Below are positions 51,717 to 62,471 of a stretch of DNA of 64,000 nucleotides, piece after piece. Position 1 is the first letter of the stretch. Every line of letters starts with the position of its first letter. Position numbers and translations under genes: made by a program. The notes beneath the pieces are model-generated. The model did not search any database and was not told the DNA's origin. It was given only the letters and a program-made list of their open reading frames with translations. The stretch comes from Chiloscyllium plagiosum (taxonomy: Eukaryota): the NCBI RefSeq assembly GCF_004010195.1, contig NC_057729.1, forward strand, positions 6,534,372 to 6,598,371. Reading direction: 5' to 3'.

Positions 51717-52047
51717 TGAGCTCTGATGAAGAGTCATCTAGACTCAAATTTCCTCCGGGTGCTCCGGTTTCCTCCCACAGTCCAAAGATGTGCAGGTCAG
51801 GTGAATTGGCCATGCTAAATTGTCCGTAGTGTTAGGTAAGGGGTAAATATAGGTGTATGGGCGGGTTGCGCTTCGGCGGGTCGGTGTGGACTTGTTGGGC
51901 CGAAGGGCTTGTTTCCACACTGTAATCTAATCTAAAATCTAAAATATTAGCTTGCTCTCCTCCACGGATGCTGTCTGACCTGCTGTGATCTCCAGCATGT
52001 ATTGTTTTCGGTAGAGATTCCAGCATCTGCAGTAATTTGTTCCTACG
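51717..52047 (+). mobile_element. PLE mini-element (family C), hammerhead split by an HE1 insertion
   Basis: gagct-CTGATGA-A-GAGTC-atcta-GACTC-aaa|HE1|tattagctt; 14-bp TSD ttaaagcaagattc (51703-51716, 52048-52061). Confidence 0.9.
51749..51943 (+). mobile_element. HE1-type SINE, young, 5'-truncated
   Basis: Near-identical to 14977-15176. Confidence 0.95.
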
Positions 52048-53059
52048 TTAAAGCAAGATTCAGTCTATCTGCTCTGGTGAAGCAGGTAGCTGTCAAAGTG
52101 TCTCTTGTAGCTTCTGGAAAGATAAAGTGCTTTATCACGATGTCCTGCAACCAATGCCATGAAAGAAACACTGAAAAATACTTGTTCTGAGATCCTGGTT
52201 ATTTGTTACACATACACACCTTGTTTTTCTGAGGACAAGGGAGGTGACTATGCATTGCAGAATGAGAGTCACACATAGGCCAGAGGTAGCAGGGATTGCG
52301 ATTTAAATTCTCTGACAGGCATTTATGAACCTTTTTTTCACAACAATCTAGCAGCCTTCAAGTTCATTTTATGGTTTTAGCTCAGAAATTACTTGACGTG
52401 TTTTCTAGACAATAATATGGAATACTTGCTTTACATGAAACACTATCATTTGAAAAACGCTTGCTGTATTTGTTTACTTTCATCGTCTGTATTTGAAAGC
52501 AATTCTTTGTAAACGAAGTATTTTTAGATAATGCAAAGACATGTGATATTGCAGAACTGCAGACTGATACATTGCAAGATCTAGGAGTATGTACCGAGGG
52601 ATTCATTAAAGCTTGGGACAGTGGGGAAATACAATTGTTTAAGGTCTTTCTGCTGAAGTTAAATGGGGCTCCATTCAGTTATCAGACCCTCCTGGTGCCT
52701 CAAATGTATGTAAATATAGTCTGGTATCAGTAGGAAATGCTTTGAGTCTGATGTTAGATAGAGTCAAACTTCAATGTTTGTTTCCCACATGCCACTGCAC
52801 AGAACCGAACTGCTTTAGGGACTATGTAAGTATATAAAGATACTTTTATGAATAAAGTATATTTTTGAAATTTAAAAAAATGTAAAGTTAGGTCTTCCTG
52901 TTTCTCTTGCCTTTCCCTGAGAAAAAAAATAACATTTCAATCAGCTGCCTTGCTCGGCCAAAGCAATTTTTTTTAAACAATGTCGGAGGAGGCTTGCAAG
53001 ATTTTTCTTTCAGTAGTTTGTGGGCAGCTTCCTCTATAAGGGATTTCAAAATTATGTTT

Positions 53060-53478
53060 TTTATTGATATACAGGATGTGGGCACTGCTGGCTAGGTCAA
53101 TATTTATTGCCCAGAGGGCAGTAAAATTTCAACCACATTGCTGTGGGTCTGGAGTCACATGTAGTCCAGAATAGGTGAGGTAGTTTCCTTCTCTAAGGGA
53201 CATTAGTGAATCAAATGGATTTTCCCAAAAATTGACAGTGGATTCTTGGTCATCATCAGATCCTTAATTCAAATTTTATTTTAAAGCTTGGGACAATGGG
53301 GAAATACAATTGTTTAAGGTTTTTCTGCTGAAGTTAAATGGGGTTCCATTCAGATATTGGACCCTCCCAGTGCCTCAAATGTGGCACCGTGGCAGGATTT
53401 GAACCTGGGTCTCCAGACCCTTACCAGGGTCTCCAGATTAACACTCTAGCAATAATACCACAAGACCATCACCTCCCC
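53060..53478 (-). mobile_element. tRNA-headed SINE with LINE family 2 tail, carrying a 102-bp local insert
   Basis: Head ggggaggtgatggtcttgtggta...ggttcaaatcc on - strand; tail ggatgtgggcactgctggctaggtcaatatttattgccc. Confidence 0.75.
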
Positions 53479-54197
53479 CAGCTTGATGTGACTTATTATG
53501 AAACATTAATAATGATTAATAAGTAGATTTGCTGTTTATCTTTGAACACATGACTTGTGGGTCCGGATCACAGACCACATATCAAGGAACCACATCAACA
53601 TTCAAGCTTCATACAGATCAGTGGATGAAGTAAAAAACTTTGAAGAGGAAAGAATACAAGAACATGACAGATAAATGTGATAATGACAATGCATGCATGG
53701 GAAGGAAATGCTGACTTGGACTAATCGGTTTCCCATGTTGTACCTTCTCAGTAATCCCATATCAGCTTCTTCCACTTTCTCCGGAGATTGGAATGGCTTG
53801 CTTCCATTTGGTTTGCTGAGTTCTGAGGTTATGCATAAAATGGTGGCAGCAGAGTTCACTCTCCTTTCTGTCCATTTTTCTTTTTCTTCTCCTTGTCTCA
53901 TTTTTCATTCGTTTTTAGTTTTTCAGTTTGTTTCTTTTTCACTTACCTTCTGGAGAAAGCTCATTCATGGGGGCAGCAGTGGTGATGGCATCGCAGCTTG
54001 ATGGGGTCTGCATTATGGCAGTGTCTGAGGACCTGGGTTGGGACTATGGTGAACTCTTGAGAGCTTGAGCCATAGATCAGCCTGACAGAGCTGAAAAAGC
54101 CCCGGATCTCTTTGGAGTCTGAGTTGTTGGTTCTCTTGCACTCTTTTTATATTGTACCACTACCTTCAGCCAGCTGTAGAACTGCTGCTTTTCTCTT

Positions 54198-54392
54198 CCA
54201 AGTTATAGTCCAACAGGTTCATTTGGAAGTACAAACTTTCAGAACCTGGTTCTTTCATCAGGTAGCTACTTGACGTAGGAGCTGCACTTTGAAAGCTAGT
54301 ACTTCCAAATAAACCTGTTGGACTATAATCTTGTATTGCGTGATTTTTAACTTTGCCCATCCCAGTCCAACACTGACACCTCCTCATCATGA
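54198..54392 (+). mobile_element. Palindromic PLE mini-element (family B)
   Basis: Arms ttatagtccaacagg...caggtag / ctacttga...cctgttggactataa; - strand CTGATGA-A-AGAAC-CAG-GTTCT-GAAAG; TSD cttttctctt (54188-54197, 54393-54402). Confidence 0.85.
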
Positions 54393-55025
54393 CTTTTCTC
54401 TTGGGCTGTGGTGAATTTACCAATCAATGAAAAGTTTGTGCTGAACTTCGAATAAGTTTGGTATCACGTGGTCATTTTTGTCCAATCGGTCATGATGCTT
54501 CTTCAGGGAGATACCAGGGTTTGACCAAGACTATGGACACACTCTAGCTCCTGGTGGCTGGAGGTTGTCAGTAAAGTATTCCTTGAGACTGACCACCTTG
54601 GTGGGATCTGAGAGGCCTTCAATCTTAATCATCTTCCATCATTGCTTGGGTTGCTTCTGCTGTTCTGGGGCTTTGTAGAAAGGGGTGGTACTGCACCAGT
54701 GCTTGTTTGGATACATTTCTAATGTTAATTCAAATACTGAAGCACATTAGATAGAATGACACACAAACATTGCGACACAGGAATAGGAAATTCAATCCAA
54801 GTGATTGAACAGAGTCTTTATGTTCCACATGATCATTCTCCCCATGCCCCCCACTCACCCTTCCCCACTGCATCTGGGTCTACCACATTATTTTTCTCCT
54901 TTTTCCTGCTTGCTTATTTCAAACCTTCTGATGGCATTTCTGCTATTCATCCAACTGCTCAGTTCCGCTGCACAGTTTGGTGCTACAGCCTCTCTCCATT
55001 AGTGACTAAACATATTTCATATATC

Positions 55026-55089
55026 GAGAGAGAGAGAGAGAGGGGGAGAGAGAGAGAGAGAGGGGGAGAGAGAGAGAGAGAGAGAGAGA
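55026..55089. repeat. Interrupted (GA)n microsatellite
   Basis: Seen directly. Confidence 0.95.
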
Positions 55090-56439
55090 TCTTAAGGTCT
55101 GTGAACTCACTTGGTTTGTAACAATGTCCCAGAGGAAAGAATGACATTTCCTTGTTCAAGTTTCAATTAATTTTTACAAGAAGAAGGTTAGTTTTATCAT
55201 TTGAGATAAAATGTGTCGTCTTCATACTGAATAGAATATATTGGTTGTGCTTCACAAGTTGGATCTTATTTTTATCTCACAAAAAAAAAGATACTGCTCA
55301 TGGTCCCTGCTGATTGCAGAGTATGGTACTGAGTCAGAAGAAGACTGCAATCTGCCGTGACTGTGATCAGATGCTATGTTCCGTTTGTTTGTTTTGGACA
55401 ATACATTTCCTCTTGACGACATGCGATATCCCTTTCATAAACCAAGCTCTGGCATTTCACAGCTAACGTAAGATTGCCTTTAAGCGTTGGTGTGTGGAAA
55501 TGAAAGTGACATAATAGCCGAGTTGTTCTATTCATCAGAGTCAGTGTGAGAAAAAGTAATTTTCCATATCCAGATTATGTGGGAACGCAGCACTGAAACA
55601 TGCCTGTGCACAGAGAAACCAGAAAAGAAAATTTACATATCCAAGGGAAATAAACTCATCTGCATCCAGTTATTGTACTGAATTGTGTGGCACATCTCTG
55701 TATTTAATGGGTTTGCTGCACAATCGGAGGTCTGCACAAGTGGGAGGGCAAAGCAATGAAACTTCCAGATTCCTGGCTTTGATATTTAAGAGGCCAAAAT
55801 GGCATTGGAGGAATTGGTTGGCAGTAGCAGAATAATTTGTGATAAGAACAGAGGAATGATCATTAATGGCGGCAGCATGCAATACAGTGAGGAAAGTTAA
55901 ATCCTGGAAGTTGAGAGAGTGAAGAGCATTCATTGAGAGAGGGGAGTCCTGGCCCAGTAAATGAGGAGTGTTGGTAGTTAGAGAGAGAAAGGGATGTGTA
56001 GTGGCTGTGAGAAAGGAAGGAGTATAAATTATGAGAGAGGGAGGAACGGTGGTCAACAGAGACAATAGAACTGTCACTTTTAAGAAACTGGCAAGCAGGG
56101 AGATGGAGGAATATGATATTGATATAAATCAGTGGCATTTGGCTTTTGGCTTGCAGTGAAAATTTCTCTGTTTCTGAACTACAAACAGATGAGACTTTAC
56201 AATACTGTGGGATGTTTATAAATCCCGTGCTGTGTTTTTGTACAGGTTGAGCTCAGGACTCTTTGTTCTCCATTTTCCTTTCATTTTCCTTCTCATGCTG
56301 TGCACCATCTGAGGCTGAGCAGGAGATGGTGTTGTCATTGGATCTTTCAATTTGATGCAGACGTATGGAGTCATAGCAAGGAGCATTCATGGCATTAAAG
56401 CAACAACAATCCACTCCCTAGTGGAAGAAGAATGTTTGA

Positions 56440-56660
56440 AGTCTAATCACCATTGTAGTGGAGGAAACACAGCAGCAGGATTTCACAAACAGCACAGAGA
56501 TAATGACCAGATAACATGCATTTAGGTGTTGCTTGAAAGACAACAATTGGTCTGGGCCATGGGGAGCATTCCCCTATTCTCCAAAATACTGCCATGGTAT
56601 CTTTTTACATCTATTTAAAAGGGCAGAGAGCATACTAGTCTAACACTTCACCTGAAAGAT
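56440..56660 (-). mobile_element. DeuSINE/SacSINE1-like ancient SINE
   Basis: cacaaacagca..gataatgaccagataa..ggtgttg..gccatggtatctttttacatc. Confidence 0.65.
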
Positions 56661-56667
56661 CCGTAAA

Positions 56668-56995
56668 CTATTAAGTATAGATGCAGGATTAAGCCATTCA
56701 GTCCACTGAGTTTGCTCTGCTATTTGATCGTGGCTGATACTCTCTTGGCCCATTTGCTTGCCTTTTTCCCGTTACGAATCAAGAACCTATCTCTATCTTA
56801 AATAACCTGTTGACTTGGCCCCCACAGCCCTCCGCAGCAGTGAGTTCCACAAATTAACCGTCCGCTGGCCGAAGGAATTCCTCCTCATCTCAGTTCGAAA
56901 GAGTCATCCCTTCACTCTGAGGCTATGCCCTTGAACCCAGTCTCTGCTACCACTGGAAAATGTTCTCCACATTCACTCTATCCAGGTCTCTCAGT
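56668..56995 (-). mobile_element. CR1 LINE 3' fragment
   Basis: gaaggaattcctcctcatctcagt (reverse of TEMRRNSF); 3' UTR gccattcagtccactgagtttgctc. Confidence 0.8.
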
Positions 56996-57146
56996 ATTTG
57001 TGCTTGACTTGCAGGAAAACAATTACAGAACATTCCCACAAAAAGTGATGGTCAAGATGTCAATATCGAGGAACACATTAGCCATGATTGAATGGTGGCA
57101 GACCTGATGGGCCAAAGGCCTAATTCTGCTCCAACATCTTATGGCA

Positions 57147-57582
57147 AAAGTGAGGCCGGCAGATGCTGGAAACCAGAGTCTAGATTAGAGTGGTGCTGGA
57201 AAAGCACAATAGGTCAGGCAGCAGGAAGGAAGATTGACAGGTAGGACAGCTCATGAGGATGGTGCTGAGCTGGTAGGTTGGAACTGGGGTAAGTGGGGGG
57301 AGGGGATTTGAAGAAACTGATGAAGTCCACATTGATGCTCTGGGATTGAAGTGTTCCAACGCAGAAGATGAGGCATTCTTCCTCCAGGCGTCGGGTGGTG
57401 AGGAGTGGCGGTGGAGGAGGCCCAGGACCTGCATGTCCTCGGCAGAGTGGAAGGGGGAGTTGAAATGTTGGGCCACAGGGCCTTGGGGTTGATTGGTGCG
57501 GGTGTCCCGGAGATGTTCCCTGAAGCGCTCTGTGAGAAGGCGTCCAGTCTCGCCATTGTAGAGGAGACCACATCGGGAGCAA
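57147..57582 (-). mobile_element. PLE fragment: GIY-YIG endonuclease and 3' end
   Basis: CSRCGLLYNGETGRLLTERFREHLRDTRTNQ..PVAQHFNSP; RRLEEECLIFCVGTLQ. Confidence 0.9.
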
Positions 57583-57740
57583 CCTGACTTGCGCATCTTT
57601 GGACTTTGGGAGGAAACCGGAGCACCTGGAGGAAACCCACGCAAACAACATGAGAATGTACAAACTCCACACAGACAGTCACCCGAATCGAACCTGGGTC
57701 CTTGGCACTGTAAGGCAGCAGTGCTAACCACTGAGCCACT
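57583..57740 (-). mobile_element. HE1-type SINE 5' half, fused to the PLE fragment
   Basis: gtggctcagtggttagc A box, ggttcgattcg B box; ends at aaagatgcgcaagtcagg. Confidence 0.9.
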
Positions 57741-58014
57741 GTTTGTAAGCAAACACATCTTGCAGAGGGAAAAGCTAAGAAAAATATATAAAGGTATGAA
57801 CACACAAACAAGGAATTAGTGTGGCTCACTCAGCCCTTTGAGCCTGCTGTGTGATTCAATAAGATCATGATGATCTGATCGAAACCTCAATACCACATTT
57901 CTACATAACACCTGAAAATCTTTCATGCCACCAAGAAATTATCTCTCTTTTTAAAAATATTTACAGGTTCTGGCATCCACTGATTTTTGGCATTTAGGTT
58001 GGTGCAGCCCTTCT

Positions 58015-58290
58015 TCAATGCAGTTGTACCTGTTATGTGTTACCATCTACGAGAATTATAGGAGCAACTCAACAAGGTTTCTTTAAAAGCACCTTTCAAA
58101 CCTATGACATTTACCACCTAAAAGAACATGAGGTGAAGGCAGATGGAAACACCACCTCCAAGTCACCCTCAAATTAACAGCATCCTTTATCATTACCATC
58201 TTCGGGGTGAAATCCTGGAACTCCCTTTTTAACCACACTGTCAATGTATCTACACCACCCAGCTTGCAGTGGTTCAGGGAGGCACACTAC
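58015..58290 (+). mobile_element. LINE family 2, 3' fragment
   Basis: taccatctac..aacaagg..agcacctttcaaacc..aaatcctggaactccc. Confidence 0.65.
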
Positions 58291-59230
58291 AACTGCACTG
58301 ACTGGATAGCAACCTGCTAGGAGAAATTACCGACTCCTATCCCAATCTAGATATACTGTATTTTTATTTGTGGGTTATACAAAGTCTGTGGTAAAGCCTC
58401 ACCTATTTCTCACAGGAGCTAAGACGTTAAAAATGAGGTGCATAGGTTTGAAATGGATACATATAGCCTTCAATATAAAGTATTTTAAATATTTTAAACA
58501 GATTTGCATCTTGACATAGCTAACCATTTCCAGTGATATGCAGCAAGACTACAAGCACAGCTCTCATCCAGAGTTACAGAAAGCCTTTGCTTCATGAATA
58601 ACACTTTCAAAATCCTCTACCTATTCATTTGGTCCAATGTCATTTGAGTTCATACAATCCTGGAAGAGGGAACCAGTGATGAGTAACAACAACCAACATT
58701 AGTAAATGAATTCCAAGGCACATTGTTCAGTGCTAATTAAATTCTTGAGAGGGCATGCCACCATTGCTGGCACCTCCAGTTATTTAATCACGGCTTCCTG
58801 GGCATGAACTTGATTAATTGGGTTGCCACTCTGTTTAATCAACATGCTGATCATTTCTCTCCATTGTCGCTTGTCTATCAGGGTGACAGAATGCAAGGGA
58901 CAAGGGCTGGATGTACAACTATAATTGCTGCTGACAGACAAAATGTCAGAATGTATCACCTCTTCACTGCACTTAGCTGCATAATTAATGAGATAATTTG
59001 AAATGTAGAGGCTGTTCTGTTTGCCTCTCTCTCAGGAACCATATTCAACTCACTTTCAGTTTGCAATCATCAGTGTTAAACCAGCTGAAGATTGTAGCTC
59101 CAATCCTGATTTTTTTTCATGTTTAGTTCAAGGAATTCCATAGCTTTTTTACTTTCCTCATTGCACATGTCCATGTGTATAGATAATTTCCCTTGTTCTT
59201 AGAAACATTTCCACCATTTTGTTCTTTAAA

Positions 59231-59475
59231 GATTGATTGGAGTTTTCAGTGTTGTTATTGGCTGTGATTTTTGGTGATGATTGGCTTAGGTATTCAGTGA
59301 TGGGATTGGCTGGGGTTTCTAGTGACATGGTAGGTTGGGCTTTTCAATGATGTGATTGGCTGGGGTTTCCATGATGGATTGGTTGGAAGTCTTCAGTGAT
59401 GGGATTGGTCAGGACTTTTCCACAATGGGATGGGCCATGGGAAATCAGTGCTGGGATTGGCTAGGATTTTCAGTG
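59231..59475. repeat. Degenerate ~25-bp minisatellite, about 10 units
   Basis: Recurring tgggattggctggggttttcagtga-like unit. Confidence 0.8.
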
Positions 59476-59639
59476 CAGTGAATCACTACAGTTTTCCCAA
59501 TTGTGCAATCTAGCACATTTCCTCCCATGCATTCTAATTCCTAGGTTCTTGCTAGATCAGATTCTTGATATATAGTTCCAGCATAAAAGTATTCAGTATA
59601 TTAAATGGATATGCAAGGTGATGCTTCAGAATCCACCCT

Positions 59640-59957
59640 CTCCAACGTTATGTGGAAAAACAGAATCATGTTCAATGTGAAGTATGACACGTTTTATAGT
59701 ATGCTCACCTCTGAAACACAAAATTCAAAGAGATACCAGTATAGTTGGGTCAGGGAGTTGTCTTTCAGACAAGAGCTTAAATTAAACAATATGGATTATC
59801 TGATCATGATTACATTGCTATTTGTGGGAGCTTGCTGTGCATACATTGACAGCTGAATTTTCTGCATTACAACAGTGATTGCACTTCATAAGTATTCCAT
59901 TGGTTGTAGTGTACTTTGCCACATCCAGTGGTTGTAAGAAGCATGATAAACGTGCAC
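59640..59957 (+). mobile_element. DeuSINE/SacSINE1-like ancient SINE
   Basis: gattatctgatcat.attacattgctatttgtgggagcttgctgtgc..cattacaacagtga..cattggttgta. Confidence 0.7.
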
Positions 59958-60489
59958 CCAATCTGGGACATAGGCAACCTTTGGCTTCTATAACAGGAAT
60001 GCAAGGTCATCATCATTGTAGAAGAGCTCAGAGCCGATGCCTCCACAAGGTGTTTTTCCTAGCAGGAAAGCCCAGGCTGCTGGGGAGGGGCTGAAACCAT
60101 CCTGTACCACAGTCAAGTTGTCCTTCTAGGTGAGTCAGCATAGACATTGAGAGATGGACCAACAGATAATGGTGGTGAAGAGACACTGATATGTGACAAT
60201 GATCTTATCCAAACCATTCATAAGTACATAAGTAGGTGAGGGAGGGACAGTGATAGTGGGAAGCCAGTGGGCATATGTGTATTGGTTCCAATATTATTGG
60301 CTTTTACAACCCTAACAAAGTTCAGAGTTTTACTGCTTTCCATAAGATGTCAATTAATATTGATTAGAAACCTTAGATAATGTTCTCTTTATGAGGCTAG
60401 AGGTATAAATGCCATTGGGAGCCTCCTGTCATCACAATGCTTTAAATCAGATAGTACCAAGCAGACTGGTCATTGAGCTCAGATAGTTA

Positions 60490-60785
60490 TTTCCATGGAA
60501 GCCACCTTCAGCAGTATGTTTTAACCCCTCAAACACAGAGGACCAAGGCTGCACGCCACTCCCTGAAGGTTCCCTCCAAGCCATTCACTAACCTCACTTG
60601 GAAATGTATGGCTGTGCCTTCAGTGTGGCTAGATTAAAACCTTGCATCGCCCTGCCCAAGGGTATGCATCATGTACTCATCTCAAATAGACTGTAGCAGT
60701 TCAGATAATGGTTTACCACCTATCTTCTCAAGGGCAATCCGGGATAAGAAATAAACATTCACCTTGCCAGCGATGCACAGAATCC
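60490..60785 (+). mobile_element. LINE family 2, 3' end
   Basis: ccctccaagcca..cacttggaaatgtat; caccta.cttctcaagggcaa..ataaa..gccagcgatgc. Confidence 0.7.
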
Positions 60786-60795
60786 TATTAAATCA

Positions 60796-61156
60796 GGGAC
60801 AGCACAAGGGCTCAGCGGCTAGCACTGCTGCCTCACAGCGCCAGGGACCCAGGTTTGATTCTACCCTCAGGCCACCGTCTGTGTGGAATTTGCACACTGT
60901 CCCCGTGCCTGCGCGGGATTCCTCCAAGTGCTGTGGTTTCCTCCCACAGTCCAAAGATGTGCAGTTTAGGTGGATTGGCCATGCTAAGTTGCCCATAGTC
61001 TCATGGGATGTGCAGGTTAATTGGTTTAGCCATGGGCAATGCAGGATTACAGGGATCGGGTTGGTGGGGAGCGGTGGGTGTGGGTGAGATGCTCTTTGGA
61101 AAGTCGGTGTAGACTCGATGGGCTGAATGGCCTGCTTCCACACTGTGTGGATTCTG
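60796..61156 (+). mobile_element. HE1-type SINE (older subfamily)
   Basis: tRNA-like head, duplicated gatgtgcagg core, cttccacactgtgtggattct tail. Confidence 0.9.
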
Positions 61157-61989
61157 CGAACAAAACTGTATTAAACAAAAAGAGTGCCAAAGACACCCCA
61201 CTTTCTAAATGTTGCTGGAACATTATCCTTGGTTTTCTCAGCGGAGGTTATAATGTTGAGAAAATGCAGATTGTCCTCTTTCAATGTCTCCCTGACTGAA
61301 ATAGCATGCAGTGATGCATTGCACTAAATGTCAGGCATAACTTGTAATGAAATCCAATCAATGGGGGCAGATTGTTATTAGGTCTCTATAGAATTGGGAA
61401 GGCTTGAATGCTGCAACAATTAAAAATTAAATATTTTACTGAAATTCACAACATATCTTTTAAGCAATTAATGCACCTCACAGTTTCTTTCTAGCATTGG
61501 GAATAATCCTGCTGGACACCAGCCTGATGGGAGAAGAGGGCTGTGTCTTACTGTATGGGCAAGTGATTGTGAGGGAGGAGTGTGGGTACAAAAGGTCATG
61601 TAGTAACTACAAGTATGACAGAGAGTAGACCTAGGACTAGAAATGATCATGGAATGCAGTTGGCGGTTGTCAGGGAGACATTTGATGATGTGGAGCGACG
61701 CCTAGTTCAACTGCAGTCCTGATGGCACACATGTTGGAGATAGCCATTCTGGTTTTGGCGTATTGGACAGAAGAAAGAGGGCAGGAGGCATGTTTAAGTG
61801 GGTATGGGATGGTGAGATCAGTGCAGACATATTTAATGGAGCAGGTCAGTGGTTTTAGGTAAAAAGCATACGAGCTTCATTGGGAGGTGGGGTTTCCTGG
61901 ATGGAGCAGAGCAATCTTGTCCCCCTGTTCCAGAGGGCTTGGAAAGACACTTTCTCTTCCATACTGAGGGTTGCAAAACATGCAAAAGA

Positions 61990-62471
61990 TTTAGGGTGTA
62001 GGTTTGCTCGCTGAGCTGTGGGTTTGATATCCAGACGTTTCATTACCTGGCTAGGTAACATCATCAGTGGCGAACTCCAAGTGAAGCTGTTGTCTCCTGC
62101 TTTCTATTTATATTTTTGTCCTGGATGGGGTTCCTGGGATTTGTGGTGATGTCATTTCCTGTTAGTTTTCTGAGCGGCTGATAGATGGTATCAAGATCTA
62201 TGTGTTTGTTTATGGCGTTGTGGTTGGAGTGCCAGGCCTCTAGGAATTCTCTGGCATGTCTTTGCTTAGACATCACTACAAACCCCAGGAACTCCATCCA
62301 GGACAAACATATAAATAGAAAGCAGGAGACAACAGCTTCACTTCATTTGGAGGTCGCCACTGATGATGTTACCTAGCCAGGTAATGAAACATCTGAATAT
62401 CAAACCTACAGCTCAGCGAGCAAACCTACACCCTAAACCTCAACCTGAGCTACAAACCTTCACAAACCTTG
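61990..62471. mobile_element. PLE insertion (family D): inverted ~165-bp arms around a GIY-YIG C-terminal fragment, plus 34-bp tail
   Basis: Arms 61990-62153 and 62269-62437; - strand KQRHAREFLEAWHSNHNAINKHIDLDTIYQPLR; TSD catgcaaaaga (61979-61989, 62472-62482). Confidence 0.9.
62031..62070 (-). ncRNA. Minimal type I hammerhead ribozyme motif, intact
   Basis: CCA-CTGATGA-T-GTTACCT-AGCC-AGGTAAT-GAAAC-GTC-TGG: stem I CCA/TGG, 7-bp stem II, ACGT stem III; mirror copy at 62357-62396 (+) has ACAT. Confidence 0.85.

Noticed and set aside
54756-55121. ORF with an ER-repeat tract
   Set aside because: Artefact of the (GA)n microsatellite.
59231-59475. CRISPR-like array
   Set aside because: Degenerate head-to-tail units with no unique spacers, no cas genes, and a vertebrate context.
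61990-61997. Telomere-like ttaggg
   Set aside because: A single hexamer forming the end of a PLE arm.
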